This document shows, in pieces, positions 38,212 to 47,217 of a stretch of 64,000 nt of DNA. Made by a program: the position numbers and the translations under genes. Numbering within the stretch: position 1 is the stretch's first letter; every line of letters begins with the position of its first letter. Below the pieces are notes generated by a model, which had not been told where the DNA came from, did no database searches, and saw only the letters and a program-made list of their open reading frames with translations. The stretch comes from Candidatus Avedoeria danica (GTDB taxonomy: Bacteria > Chloroflexota > Anaerolineae > Epilineales > Epilineaceae), in NCBI GenBank assembly GCA_016703025.1, contig JADJCV010000003.1, positions 23,506 to 87,505 of the forward strand, written 5' to 3'.

Positions 38212-39524
38212 TACGGGCCGTCGACAGTCAGACCCGGTCCGTAATCGAACACCTGCTGCGAACGCGACGTGATCCCGGACGCCTCGTTGTCCACCTGCTG
38301 GACCAGGATCCGGCCGTTCTCGGCACCGATCCAGATCTCGAACGTCGAGGTGAACGCCGTGCCGCCGCTGGCGGCGGCGACGACATAGCTGTAGTGCTTC
38401 GCCGGCACGCCGTTGACGGTGGAGGTGCCCAGAACGCGCGCCTCGGCCATCGAGCGGGCCGCGTTGGCGACGACGGCCGGGTTGCGCAGCGGGTCGAACG
38501 TCGCTTGGAGCGTCGCGACGACGGTGTCGTCGGGGTGCCACTCGCCGCCGAGGTTGAAGTACCCCTTGTCGCCGATCCGGGCGGCGTGCATGCCCGGCGC
38601 GACCATGCTGTAGCGGTCGGGGGCGACATAGGTCAACGTCATCGGGAAGGTCTGGTTGATCGTCTGCGTGGTCTGGCGGATCCGGAAGGCGTCCGCGTCG
38701 GCCAGCTGGAGCTGCGCGGCGAAGATCTCGGCGACGGCCTGCGGCTCGCCGTGGTCGGCGACGGTGGGCAGCGCGGCGGGCATGGTCGAGTTCGATGGGT
38801 CCGTCGACCCGGTCGTCGTCGAGGCCGTGGTGTGGGTCAGCACGGTCGCCGCCCCGGCGGCCGAGTCCGGCGTCGGCGCCGCGCCGGGCGCATCGAGCGA
38901 CCGCGTCGGCGCGAGCGGCGCCGGATCGGCGGCGTCGCTGGCCGCCGTGCCGCCGGCCGCCTGCCCATCGGACGGCCGCGGCGCGCACGCCGCCGTGCCG
39001 ACGATCAGCGCCACGATCCACCCGGCGGCCAGGACGCTCTTGAGCGTGTGCCACGCCAGCGTCGCGCACTTCACGCGCATCGGGAAGCGCCGCACGCCGG
39101 ACAGCGCGGCCAGCGGGCCGACGTCGGCCGCCAGGCTGAACAGATCGTCGTCTGCCGTGCCGATGTCCGTGCCGGCGACGTTGCGATCGTCATCACCATC
39201 GCCGTTACCATCGCCGTCGCCATCGCCCATGATCAAGCCGTGGACCTGCGTGAACAGCGCCTCGGCCTCGCCGAACGAGCGGCCGATGACGGCGTCGCAC
39301 AGCATCGAGGCCGAAGCGATGCTGATCGCACAGCCGTCGCCCTCGAACGAGACATCGACGATCCGGTCGTTCGCGGCGCGGACGAAGAGCTTCACGCGGT
39401 CCCCGCACAGCGGGTTGTCGCCCTCGGCCGTGCGGACGTCGGGGCCCGTCAGAGGACCGTGGTGATGCGGGTGGCGGCTGTGCTCGAGGATGACGGTCTG
39501 GTAGAGGTCGAGTAGGTCGGACAT
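38211..39524 (-). CDS. sufU: SufU-type Fe-S scaffold / sulfur-acceptor domain fused in-frame to a TM/lipobox-like segment and a roughly 270-aa extracytoplasmic domain (LolA/LppX-like fold suspected)
   Basis: Residues 1-160 are SufU. MSDLLDLYQTVILEHSRHP...NPLCGD (Cys1) ... DGCAISIASASMLCD (Cys2) ... FPMRVKCATLAWHTL (Cys3), with the SufU-specific insert being an acidic GD repeat (GDGDGDGNGDGDDDRNVAGTDIGTADDD). There is no stop after SufU. Instead GWIVALIVGTAAC (TM / possible lipobox) runs into a Pro/Ala/Thr-rich linker and a beta-rich domain. The start is the Met aligned to SufU N-termini (Met70 of the track ORF). Confidence 0.7.
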   Translation of the reverse strand: MSDLLDLYQTVILEHSRHPHHHGPLTGPDVRTAEGDNPLCGDRVKLFVRAANDRIVDVSFEGDGCAISIASASMLCDAVIGRSFGEAEALFTQVHGLIMGDGDGDGNGDGDDDRNVAGTDIGTADDDLFSLAADVGPLAALSGVRRFPMRVKCATLAWHTLKSVLAAGWIVALIVGTAACAPRPSDGQAAGGTAASDAADPAPLAPTRSLDAPGAAPTPDSAAGAATVLTHTTASTTTGSTDPSNSTMPAALPTVADHGEPQAVAEIFAAQLQLADADAFRIRQTTQTINQTFPMTLTYVAPDRYSMVAPGMHAARIGDKGYFNLGGEWHPDDTVVATLQATFDPLRNPAVVANAARSMAEARVLGTSTVNGVPAKHYSYVVAAASGGTAFTSTFEIWIGAENGRILVQQVDNEASGITSRSQQVFDYGPGLTVDGP

Positions 39525-39705
39525 GGTGTCTTTCGGGGTGATGAGGCGGGGAGCGGGCGTTGCCAGCAGAATCGCGCCGACGGGCACCGCAGGCGTGACG
39601 ATCATCGTAGGGGTGGCGGCGACCTTGGGCAAGGTGGCATCGTGTGCGGCCCGTGCTCCGGCCGGCGTTGGCCCGCCCGGGGATTCCGCGATACCCTGTG
39701 CGCCG

Positions 39706-40755
39706 ATGTCCTCCCCCACCCGCCCCGCCACCCCTGCCCGCCTGCGCCGCCTGCATGCCGCCGGCGCGCTCGACGCCGACGGCTATCGGCGGGTGCTGGC
39801 CGCGGCGTTGGCGCTGCCCCCCGCGGCGGCATGGCGGCGGTTCCTGGACCGGTTGATGCTGGCCATCGGCGCGACGCTGACCGTCACCGGCATCGTCGCG
39901 TTCTTTGCCTACAACTGGGCCAGCCTGGGCCGTCTTGGGCGCGTCGGGCTCGTCGAGCTCGCCCTCGTGACGGTCGGGGGGGTGGCGCTGTGGGCCGGTG
40001 TCGACCGGCTCGGCGGGCAGCTGGCGGGCATGGCCGCCGTGGCGCTCACCGGCGTCCTCCTCGGGGCGATCGGCCAGGCGTACCAGCAGGGCGCCGACCC
40101 TTGGACGCTCTTTGCCGTCACCGCCGCTCTCGGCCTGCCGTGGCTGATGGCGACGCGCTTCGCGCCGCTCTGGCTGCTCGAGTTGATCCTGGCGAACCTC
40201 GCCCTTGGGCTGTGGTGGATCATCGACCTCGGGGACGACGGTGGCGCCGTCGCGCGTTTTCTCCTCGCGCTCAGCGCGCTGAACGGCGGCGCCTGGCTGT
40301 CATGGACGCAGGGCGCGGCGAGCGCCGGACTGTCGGCGGGGCGCTGGCTCCCGCGCGTCGTCGCGCTGGCCGCGCTGGCGCCGCTGGCGATCGGTGCGGC
40401 GGCGTACGTCGCCATCGACGTGCTGCGGTACGATGCCGGCCCGGATGACCTCCGGTTCGGGCCGAGCGGGCTGGCGGTGTTCGTCGTCTGGCTCATCGTG
40501 ACGGCGGCGATTCTCGTCCTCTTCCGCCGCCGCTGGCCCGACCTGTTCATGCTGGCGGCGGCGATGCTCGGAATCTGCACGGTGCTCACGGCGGCCATGT
40601 TCCGCTGGCTGATCGAATGGGTCCAGCGGTCGAGCGATGTCGGCGGGCCGTGGCTCGTCATGGCCGCGTTCCTGTTGGCCGAGGGCGGCCTGACGGCGAT
40701 CTGGCTGCGGCGCCAGCAGCTGGCGATGGCGGCCGCGGAGGACGACGCCCCATGA
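39706..40755 (+). CDS. DUF2157-like polytopic membrane protein (first gene of a conserved three-gene membrane module)
   Basis: Start Met62 of the track ORF (the sufU-fusion gene occupies the upstream region on the other strand). N-terminal cytosolic region then many TM helices (AIGATLTVTGIVAFFAYNW, LVELALVTVGGVALWAG...). Assignment is by recalled family architecture and needs an HMM check. Confidence 0.65.
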   Translation: MSSPTRPATPARLRRLHAAGALDADGYRRVLAAALALPPAAAWRRFLDRLMLAIGATLTVTGIVAFFAYNWASLGRLGRVGLVELALVTVGGVALWAGVDRLGGQLAGMAAVALTGVLLGAIGQAYQQGADPWTLFAVTAALGLPWLMATRFAPLWLLELILANLALGLWWIIDLGDDGGAVARFLLALSALNGGAWLSWTQGAASAGLSAGRWLPRVVALAALAPLAIGAAAYVAIDVLRYDAGPDDLRFGPSGLAVFVVWLIVTAAILVLFRRRWPDLFMLAAAMLGICTVLTAAMFRWLIEWVQRSSDVGGPWLVMAAFLLAEGGLTAIWLRRQQLAMAAAEDDAP

Positions 40756-41852
40756 TCCTCCCCCCGCCCACGCTCGGCGATGCCCTTGCGGCAGCCGGCC
40801 TCCCGCGCGACGCCGGCGCCGGCGGCACCGGCGCAGCGAACGCCGGCGGCAGCCCGTGGTACGTCCGGCTGCTCGTCGCCGGCTTGGCCTGGGCCGCCGC
40901 GCTGTCCGTGACGGGCTTCCTGGCGGCCACCGGCATGATCGACGAGGACGCCTTCGCCTATTGGGGCATCGCGGCGGCTGCCGCATCGATCGTCCTCGCC
41001 CGCCGGGGCCCGTCCGACGCCGACGCACGCGGCGCGGTGGCCGACTTCGTGGCCCAGCTCGCGCTCGTGCTCAGCCTGCTCGCGCGCGTGCTCGTGTTCA
41101 TCGGCGTCGGGGCGTGGGCGAACGGTGACCAAGCGGTCATCGGCGGGGCGATGGCCGCCCTCGAGATCGTCCTCTTCATCGCCTACCCGGACTTCTTCCA
41201 ACGCTTCCTCGCCAGCGGCCTTGCCTGCGCCTGGCTGCTCGTCGTGCTCGGCGACGTCGACGACGTGCTGTTCGTGGCCTACGCGCGGGACGTCGTGACG
41301 CTGCTTGCGGCCTTCGGGGGGGCGTGGCTCTGGATCGATCGCCCGCGCCTCCTCGCCGGCCGTCTGGCGGACTACGCCGCGCCGGCCGGTTATGGGCTGG
41401 CGGTCTTCGTCGTCGGCGCGCTCCTGCAGGAGACGATCGCGGCGTTCGGCCGGTTCTTGCCCGGCGCGCGCTGGCCGGCCACCGCCGGGCTGGCGATCGG
41501 CGTCGTATGGCTCCTGCTGTGGGTGCGCGGGCGGCTCGGCCGGCCGATCGTCGATGCCGGCGCCGGCGTGCTCATCGTCCTCGTCGCCGCGCTCGCGTAC
41601 GCCACCCGGATCGAGCCGGGCATCCTGGCCGCCGTCGGCGTGCTGCTCCTCGGCTTCCTGGCGCGCGACGGGCTGCTGCACGGCCTCGGCGTCGCGGCGA
41701 TGGGCGCGACGGTCTGGCACTTCTTCTACAGCATGAACCAGACGATGCTCGTCAAGAGCGGGATCCTCGTGGCCGGCGGGCTCGTTCTCCTGGGCGGGCG
41801 CTGGGTCTGGCTGCGGTTGGCGGGCGATCCGAACGTGGGCGACGGCCGATGA
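40752..41852 (+). CDS. DUF4401-like polytopic membrane protein
   Basis: Start Met46 (MILPPPTLGDALAAAGL) overlapping the previous stop (ATGA). About 10 predicted TM helices. Typical partner of DUF2157 and GDYXXLXY proteins. Confidence 0.65.
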   Translation: MILPPPTLGDALAAAGLPRDAGAGGTGAANAGGSPWYVRLLVAGLAWAAALSVTGFLAATGMIDEDAFAYWGIAAAAASIVLARRGPSDADARGAVADFVAQLALVLSLLARVLVFIGVGAWANGDQAVIGGAMAALEIVLFIAYPDFFQRFLASGLACAWLLVVLGDVDDVLFVAYARDVVTLLAAFGGAWLWIDRPRLLAGRLADYAAPAGYGLAVFVVGALLQETIAAFGRFLPGARWPATAGLAIGVVWLLLWVRGRLGRPIVDAGAGVLIVLVAALAYATRIEPGILAAVGVLLLGFLARDGLLHGLGVAAMGATVWHFFYSMNQTMLVKSGILVAGGLVLLGGRWVWLRLAGDPNVGDGR

Positions 41853-42439
41853 TCTCCCGCCGCACCCTTGGCGCCCTCGGCCTCGTCGCCGCGCTCGCCT
41901 TCGCCAACGCCCAGTTGGTCGGCCTCGAGCGCCTGTTCGGCGGCGAGGGCCGCCAGGTCCTCATGCCGTTGGCCCCCGTTGATCCGCTCTCGTACATCCA
42001 GGGTCGCTTTGTGGCCCTGCGCTACCGCCTCGAGGGGGACGAAAGCCTGATCACGACGCCCGTGCGGGTCGACGGCGAGGAAGTCGAGCGCTGGCGGATG
42101 TGGCCGCGCGTCGGCAAGATGGCCGTCGCCGTGGATGCGAACGGCGTGGCGACGGCCATTCGGCTGCACGTCGAGAGCGTCCCCGTTGCCCCGGACGAAG
42201 TCCTGTGGCGCTACCGCAAGTCGGACAGCGACCTCATCATCGGCACGGACGCCTGGTTCTGCCCCGAGGAACGATGCGCCGACTTCGAAGGCACCGCCCG
42301 CTACGGCGTCTTCCGCGTCGACGCCACCGGCCGCGTCATCCTCGTCGGCCTGGCGGACGAGGACCGCGCCCTCGTCGCCACCCCGCCGCCGCGCTGGTGG
42401 ACCGGTGAAAGGGTGGCCACGCCGACGCCGAGCCCGTAA
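41849..42439 (+). CDS. GDYXXLXY-domain-like exported protein (196 aa)
   Basis: Start Met176 of track ORF 41324..42439 overlapping the DUF4401 stop (ATGA). Signal peptide MISRRTLGALGLVAALAFANAQ. Motif GRFVALRY fits G-[DR]-[YF]-x-x-L-x-Y. Cys pair (WFCPEERC). Confidence 0.65.
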   Translation: MISRRTLGALGLVAALAFANAQLVGLERLFGGEGRQVLMPLAPVDPLSYIQGRFVALRYRLEGDESLITTPVRVDGEEVERWRMWPRVGKMAVAVDANGVATAIRLHVESVPVAPDEVLWRYRKSDSDLIIGTDAWFCPEERCADFEGTARYGVFRVDATGRVILVGLADEDRALVATPPPRWWTGERVATPTPSP

Positions 42440-42462
42440 CGGATCGCTGTCCAGCGGCCCAT

Positions 42463-42482
42463 GGGCGACGCATGCGTCGCCC
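42463..42482. terminator. Perfect 20-nt palindrome gggcgacgcatgcgtcgccc, 24 nt after the GDYXXLXY gene stop
   Basis: Seen directly. Terminator-like hairpin closing the three-gene module. Confidence 0.45.
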
Positions 42483-42620
42483 CTACGCGGTGTGGGATGT
42501 GGGAGCCGAGGTGCCGGCATCCGGGGCGGGGATCGGTGACGCGGTGGCCTGTGGTCGCACTTGATCGCATGGGGTCGCCCACAACGCATGCCGCGCCTTG
42601 AGCGTCTATCGTTGTCCACC

Positions 42621-45600
42621 ATGATGCACCCGCCTCGCTCGCCCATGCTCACGCGCACCGCCGTATTCGTCGGCCTCGCCGCCGTCGCGTGCGCGGTCCC
42701 CATCGCCGTCGCCGCCCGGCGCGCCGACGTCGGCGCCACCGCACCTGTGCAGGCCCGGCCCCGGGCCCAGTTCCTGGCCCAGTCCCAGCCGCAGCCGCCG
42801 ACCGCATACGCGTTGGCCGGCGAGTGGGTGTGGCCGGAGCGGCCGATGCTGCCGGTGGATGTCGCGTTTCTGGAGGACGGGCGCGTCGTGGTGGCCGATG
42901 GTCGGAACCCGCGCGTCGTCGTCGTCGGCCCCGAGGGGGACGTCGAGGCGGTGTGGCGGACGGCGTACGAGCCCGTGGCGCTGGCGGTGGATCCGGCGGG
43001 CGGGCGGGTGTACGTGCTGTGCTTCGCGCAGACGCGGGCGCGCGTCGGGCGGGATGCCGTGGTGACGACGCACGAGGTTCTCGAGACCTGGGCGCTGGAC
43101 GGGCAGCGGGTGCGACAGGATGTCCTGCCGGGATGGTCGACGGCCAGCGCCGACGAGGCGCCGAGCTGGGATGTCGCGGTGGCGTGGGGCGGGGCGCCGG
43201 TCGTGCAGGCCGACAACGTGCTCTACCGCGTGACGCTGTCCGATGACGACGCCGTGCCTGCGACGTTCACGCCGCTGTCGGGCCTCTCGCGCGGCACCGC
43301 GGTGCGCCCGGTTCGCCTTGCCGCGGCGGACGACGGGCTCGTCATCGCCCAGGCTGCGACCGGCATCGTGTCCCGCGTGGACGCCACCGGGCGCACCGTG
43401 GCGCGCCGAGACTGGCCGGGCGAGCGCGTGCTCGACGTCGCGATCGACCGCCGCGAGCGGGTGCACGTCCTCGTCGGGCCGGGCGAAGGCGGTGCGGGCG
43501 GCCGGGTGCGGCACATCGTCCTGAGCGCCGCGCTGGCACCGCTGGACGATCGGCCGTTGGCGGACGACGCCGCGCCTTCGGCGACCATCGCCCCCGCACA
43601 GGCCGCGTTCGCCTGGGCGCTCGACGTGTACGGCGACGGCGTGGCGGTCGTCGGGGGCGGGGCCAACCTGTCGCTCCGGCGCTGGACGGGGCCGGTGTCG
43701 GACGCGCCGGCCGTCGTGCAGCCGTTCGGTGCGCGTCCGGCCGCGTTCGACGCGCGCGACAAGCGCGTGGCCGGCAGCCGCGCGCTGGCCCTCGGCGCGC
43801 TGCCCGACGGCCGGACGGTGGCCCTTGATGGGCCGCAGGCGCGTGTCGTGGCATTCGACGCGTCCGGTCTCGGGACGAACGTCGTCACGTTCGCGGGCGA
43901 CGCGGTCGATGCGGCCGTGGCGGAGGACGGGACGGTGTGGGCGACGTTTGCCGACGGCACGGTGCGGCGCGTGACCGGACCGGGACTCGGGTCGCTTGGC
44001 GCGGCGCCTGACGACCCATCCGCCGCGCGATGCGAATGCCCGCTCGGCGGTCGGATCGCGGTGGACCGTTCGCGCGCCTACGTTTCCCGGCCGACGAGCC
44101 GAACGGTGGCCGGGATCGCCGGTTTGGCCGGCCTTGCGCCCGACGATGCACCGGGCGGTGCGTCGCCGCGGCTGCTCGCCTGGGCGGAGGGCGTCGGCCT
44201 CTGGCCGAGCGACATCGCGGTGGCCGCCGACGGTACCGTGCTGGCGGCGGATGCGATCGCGGGCGAGATCGTCGGGTGGTCGCCGGGGTCGCTCGAGGGT
44301 GCGCCGCCGGACCGGCGCTGGCCGGCGGGGCTGCTGGCCGGGCCGCGGCGGCTCGCGGCGGGGCGCTTCGGCGGGCCGGGCGGCCTGGATCTGGTGGCCG
44401 CCACGCTGACGGACGGTGCCGTCGAGGTCCACCGCGGCGACGACGGCGGACTGCTGGCGCGCTTCACGCCGGTTGTCGACGGGGCCGTCGTGTCGGCCGA
44501 GGACGTGGCGCTGCACGCGGATGGGCGGATCGTGTTGGCCGAAGCGGTCTCGCGCCGGGTGCACGCCTTCGTGCCGTCCGCGGCGCCGGTCGACCCGACC
44601 GAGCCCGGCGGGCTGGGTGCCACCCCATCGCCGACGCCGACGCCGTCGGACGGGAGCTGTCGTGTGAGCGGCGACAAGCGGGTCGGGCCGGAAACGATCG
44701 TGCTCGGCCAGACGGCCGCCGTCACGTTGACGCTCTCGGCTGATTGCCCGCCGCGCGCGCGGCTAGCCGGGGCCGACATCGTCCTCGTGCTCGATCGCTC
44801 CGGCTCGATGTACGGTGAGGCGATGCAGCGCGCCAAGGACGCGGCCCGGACGTTCATCGAGCTCCTCGATGTCCGGCGGCACCGCGCGGCGCTCTTGTCG
44901 TTCGCCGGCTTCGTGACCGTCGACGCGCCGCTGTCGACGGACAGCGCGGCGGTCATCCGGGCCCTCGACACGCTCGTGCCGGACGGCGGGACGAACCTGA
45001 CGGACGCGATCCGCCAGGCCGGCATCGTGCTCGGCCGCGAAGGGCGGGCGGATGCGTTGCCGGTCATCGTCCTGATGACGGACGGGCGCGACTCGAACGG
45101 GCGCGACGGGCCGCTCCAGGCGGCCGGAGATGTGAAGGCGCAGGGCGTCCAGATCTACACGATCGGCCTCGGGCGCGACCTCGACGAGGGCGGGCTGCAG
45201 GCGATCGCAACGCGCCCCGACCGCTACTTCCACGCGCCGACGCCCGACGAGCTCTTCCCGATCTATCGCCAGATCCTGCGCTTGGTGGAGACGAGCCTCG
45301 CCGGCAACCTGATCGTGACGGACCGGCTGGGCGACCGGATGGCGATGATCGGTGGTTCCTCGGCACCGGCAGCGCTCGAGGGCGCCGACCGTCTGTCGTG
45401 GGGCCGCTCGATCCTGCCGGCCTCCGGTGTGACGTTCACCTACCGCGTGCGCCCGATCGAAGCCGGTCGCTGGCCGGTGAACCGCGAGGCCGTCGCCCGC
45501 TACGCCGATGCGGACGGGGTCGAGCGCTCGTTCGTCTTCCCGGTGCCGCAGATCCTCGTCCTGGCGCCCACCCCCACCCCCACCGCCACACCGACCTCGA

Positions 45601-46298
45601 CCCCGACGCCGACGACGACGCCCACGCCCACCCGCACGCCGACGTCGACGCCGTCGCCGACGCCGACGCACACCGCGACGATCACGCCATCCCCGACCGC
45701 GACACGCGTCCCGCGGCCGATCTACCTGCCGCTCGCGCTGAACAGCCACTGCATTCCGACCGGCCAGTACGTCGACCTGATCCTCGTGCTCGACACCTCG
45801 GCCTCGATGGCCGGCGACAAGTTCGCGGCCGCCCAGGCGGCGGCCCGGACGTTCGTCTCGCTGTTCGACCCGCCGCGCGACCGCCTGTCGCTCATCAGCT
45901 TCAGCGAGGTTGCCACGCTCGTCGTGCCGCTCGGGTCGAGCACGACCCGTCTGCGCGCCGGCATCGACGGCCTGGCCCTTGCCCCCGGCACGCGAATCGA
46001 CCGCGCGCTGGAGGCGGCACGGGCCGAGCTGCGCTCGACGCGGCGCCGCGCGGCGAACAAGCCCGTCGTCGTCCTGCTGTCCGACGGCAGCCAGTCCGGC
46101 GAGACCGCACCGCTCCTGGCGGCCGCCGACCGCGTGCTCGCCGACGGCGTCACCGTCCACACGATCGGCCTCGGCCCGGACGCCGACCGCGCGATGCTCG
46201 AGCGGATCGCCTCCCGGGGCGGGTTCCGGTACGCGCCGGGAACGGCGGAGCTGGAGGGCGTGTACCGCGCGATCGCCGGGCAGACGCGGTGCCGGTGA
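42621..46298 (+). CDS. Large secreted protein with an N-terminal NHL/beta-propeller-like repeat region (about 690 aa) and two VWA domains separated by a PT linker (VWA paralog 1)
   Basis: Signal peptide (MLTRTAVFVGLAAVACAVPIAVAA). The exact start among 42561 (TTG), 42588, 42621 and 42645 is unresolved. Propeller-like repeats (VDVAFLEDGRVVVADGRNPRVVVV, PSDIAVAADGTVLAADAIAGEIVGW). VWA1 is ADIVLVLDRSGSM...VLMTDGRDS...IYTIGLG. PT linker TPTPTATPTSTPTPTTTPTPTRTPTSTPSPTPT. VWA2 is DLILVLDTSASM...VLLSDGSQS...VHTIGLG. Confidence 0.75.
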   Translation: MMHPPRSPMLTRTAVFVGLAAVACAVPIAVAARRADVGATAPVQARPRAQFLAQSQPQPPTAYALAGEWVWPERPMLPVDVAFLEDGRVVVADGRNPRVVVVGPEGDVEAVWRTAYEPVALAVDPAGGRVYVLCFAQTRARVGRDAVVTTHEVLETWALDGQRVRQDVLPGWSTASADEAPSWDVAVAWGGAPVVQADNVLYRVTLSDDDAVPATFTPLSGLSRGTAVRPVRLAAADDGLVIAQAATGIVSRVDATGRTVARRDWPGERVLDVAIDRRERVHVLVGPGEGGAGGRVRHIVLSAALAPLDDRPLADDAAPSATIAPAQAAFAWALDVYGDGVAVVGGGANLSLRRWTGPVSDAPAVVQPFGARPAAFDARDKRVAGSRALALGALPDGRTVALDGPQARVVAFDASGLGTNVVTFAGDAVDAAVAEDGTVWATFADGTVRRVTGPGLGSLGAAPDDPSAARCECPLGGRIAVDRSRAYVSRPTSRTVAGIAGLAGLAPDDAPGGASPRLLAWAEGVGLWPSDIAVAADGTVLAADAIAGEIVGWSPGSLEGAPPDRRWPAGLLAGPRRLAAGRFGGPGGLDLVAATLTDGAVEVHRGDDGGLLARFTPVVDGAVVSAEDVALHADGRIVLAEAVSRRVHAFVPSAAPVDPTEPGGLGATPSPTPTPSDGSCRVSGDKRVGPETIVLGQTAAVTLTLSADCPPRARLAGADIVLVLDRSGSMYGEAMQRAKDAARTFIELLDVRRHRAALLSFAGFVTVDAPLSTDSAAVIRALDTLVPDGGTNLTDAIRQAGIVLGREGRADALPVIVLMTDGRDSNGRDGPLQAAGDVKAQGVQIYTIGLGRDLDEGGLQAIATRPDRYFHAPTPDELFPIYRQILRLVETSLAGNLIVTDRLGDRMAMIGGSSAPAALEGADRLSWGRSILPASGVTFTYRVRPIEAGRWPVNREAVARYADADGVERSFVFPVPQILVLAPTPTPTATPTSTPTPTTTPTPTRTPTSTPSPTPTHTATITPSPTATRVPRPIYLPLALNSHCIPTGQYVDLILVLDTSASMAGDKFAAAQAAARTFVSLFDPPRDRLSLISFSEVATLVVPLGSSTTRLRAGIDGLALAPGTRIDRALEAARAELRSTRRRAANKPVVVLLSDGSQSGETAPLLAAADRVLADGVTVHTIGLGPDADRAMLERIASRGGFRYAPGTAELEGVYRAIAGQTRCR

Positions 46299-46344
46299 CG
46301 AACTCGCACGTCCCCCGCGACATGACTAGAATGAGCGTTGGTCA

Positions 46345-46356
46345 GAACGAATGTTC
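46345..46356. promoter_or_regulatory. LexA-box-like site GAACGAATGTTC (Cheo consensus), 48 nt after the VWA1 stop and upstream of a small zinc-ribbon-like ORF
   Basis: aGAACGAATGTTCg fits CGAAC-RNRY-GTTCG as well as the two boxes at lexA. A -10-like TAGAAT (46327-46332) sits 12 nt upstream, which is the classic repressor-over-TSS geometry. Confidence 0.45.
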
Positions 46357-46392
46357 GCATCCGCCCGCCCGATCCCCGATGGAGCACTGCCC

Positions 46393-46812
46393 ATGAGCTT
46401 CCAACAGCGACCCCAACGCCGCACTCCGCGCTGCCCGTGGTGCGATCAGGAGATGGTCCCGAGTCCCGACAGCCGCGGCGGCCGCCTCTTCTGCCCGACG
46501 GGCGAGGCGGTCGAATACCGTTTGAGCGGCGGGCGGTGGTACTTCAACGGGCGCCTGAACGGTCTCGACGAACCGATTCCACCGGCGCCGGATGACGGTG
46601 ATCCGACGGGCGCGGGCGAGGATGAGGCTGCCGTTTCCTCGAAGCGGGTGGAGATGCGCGATCGTACGGATGCGTCGGCTCCGTCGGCTCCGTCGGCGCC
46701 GCCGGAGCCGACGGAGCCGGTTCAGCCAGAGTCGCTCGATCCGCTCGATGCGTTCCGACAGATCGCCAGCGATGCGTGGGGTGCGGCGGATGCGGACGAA
46801 GAGGCGGAGTAG
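46393..46812 (+). CDS. Small acidic protein (139 aa) with an N-terminal zinc-ribbon-like CPWC-x15-CP motif and a disordered Pro/Asp/Glu-rich tail; candidate SOS-regulated gene
   Basis: GGAG 8 nt upstream of ATG 46393. The track ORF starts at 46351, inside the LexA-like box. GC3 about 70%, lower than neighbours, so coding status is uncertain. Confidence 0.4.
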   Translation: MSFQQRPQRRTPRCPWCDQEMVPSPDSRGGRLFCPTGEAVEYRLSGGRWYFNGRLNGLDEPIPPAPDDGDPTGAGEDEAAVSSKRVEMRDRTDASAPSAPSAPPEPTEPVQPESLDPLDAFRQIASDAWGAADADEEAE

Positions 46813-46853
46813 GGTCGCGTTGGGGTGAGGGAAGGCGTAGGGCACGGGAGGAA

Positions 46854-46978
46854 GTGCAGAGCCGGCGGGCGGGGGTGGTTGGGGACGGGGCATTTTGGTT
46901 CGTGCATTTTGTTCGCAGGGGCCGCTTGGCCCCTGCACCCCAGCCAGGGGGCGCAGCGCCCCCCTGGACCCCCCGCAT
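46854..46978. repeat. Left arm of a 125-bp near-perfect inverted repeat (partner at 47218-47344)
   Basis: Reverse complement of 47218-47344 except cattttggttcg vs ctttttgggttcg. Contains nested hairpins caggggcc-gctt-ggcccctg and gggggcgc-a-gcgccccc. Confidence 0.7.
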
Positions 46979-47217
46979 CGGAATTTCCGGTCGTTCAAGC
47001 ACGCGGTCTCGCGCCCGGAAGAGGTCTGGCGGATCGAAGTGCGGCACAGAGTAGTTGGTGGACCGCCCCGCGGCGTGCGGGCCAAAAACGTCAACGAGCA
47101 AGATGACATCCCAACGATCTTGCTCGATCAATTGCCTGCTCGTTCGACGGGATTGGGGCGTCCGCTCCAATCTACGCGCCGACGACAATCCGCGGCGGCC
47201 ATAGAAGCGAAACCTGG

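Noticed and set aside
39909-41720. 603-aa minus-strand ORF
   Set aside because: Antisense to the DUF2157/DUF4401 membrane genes. Low-complexity translation.
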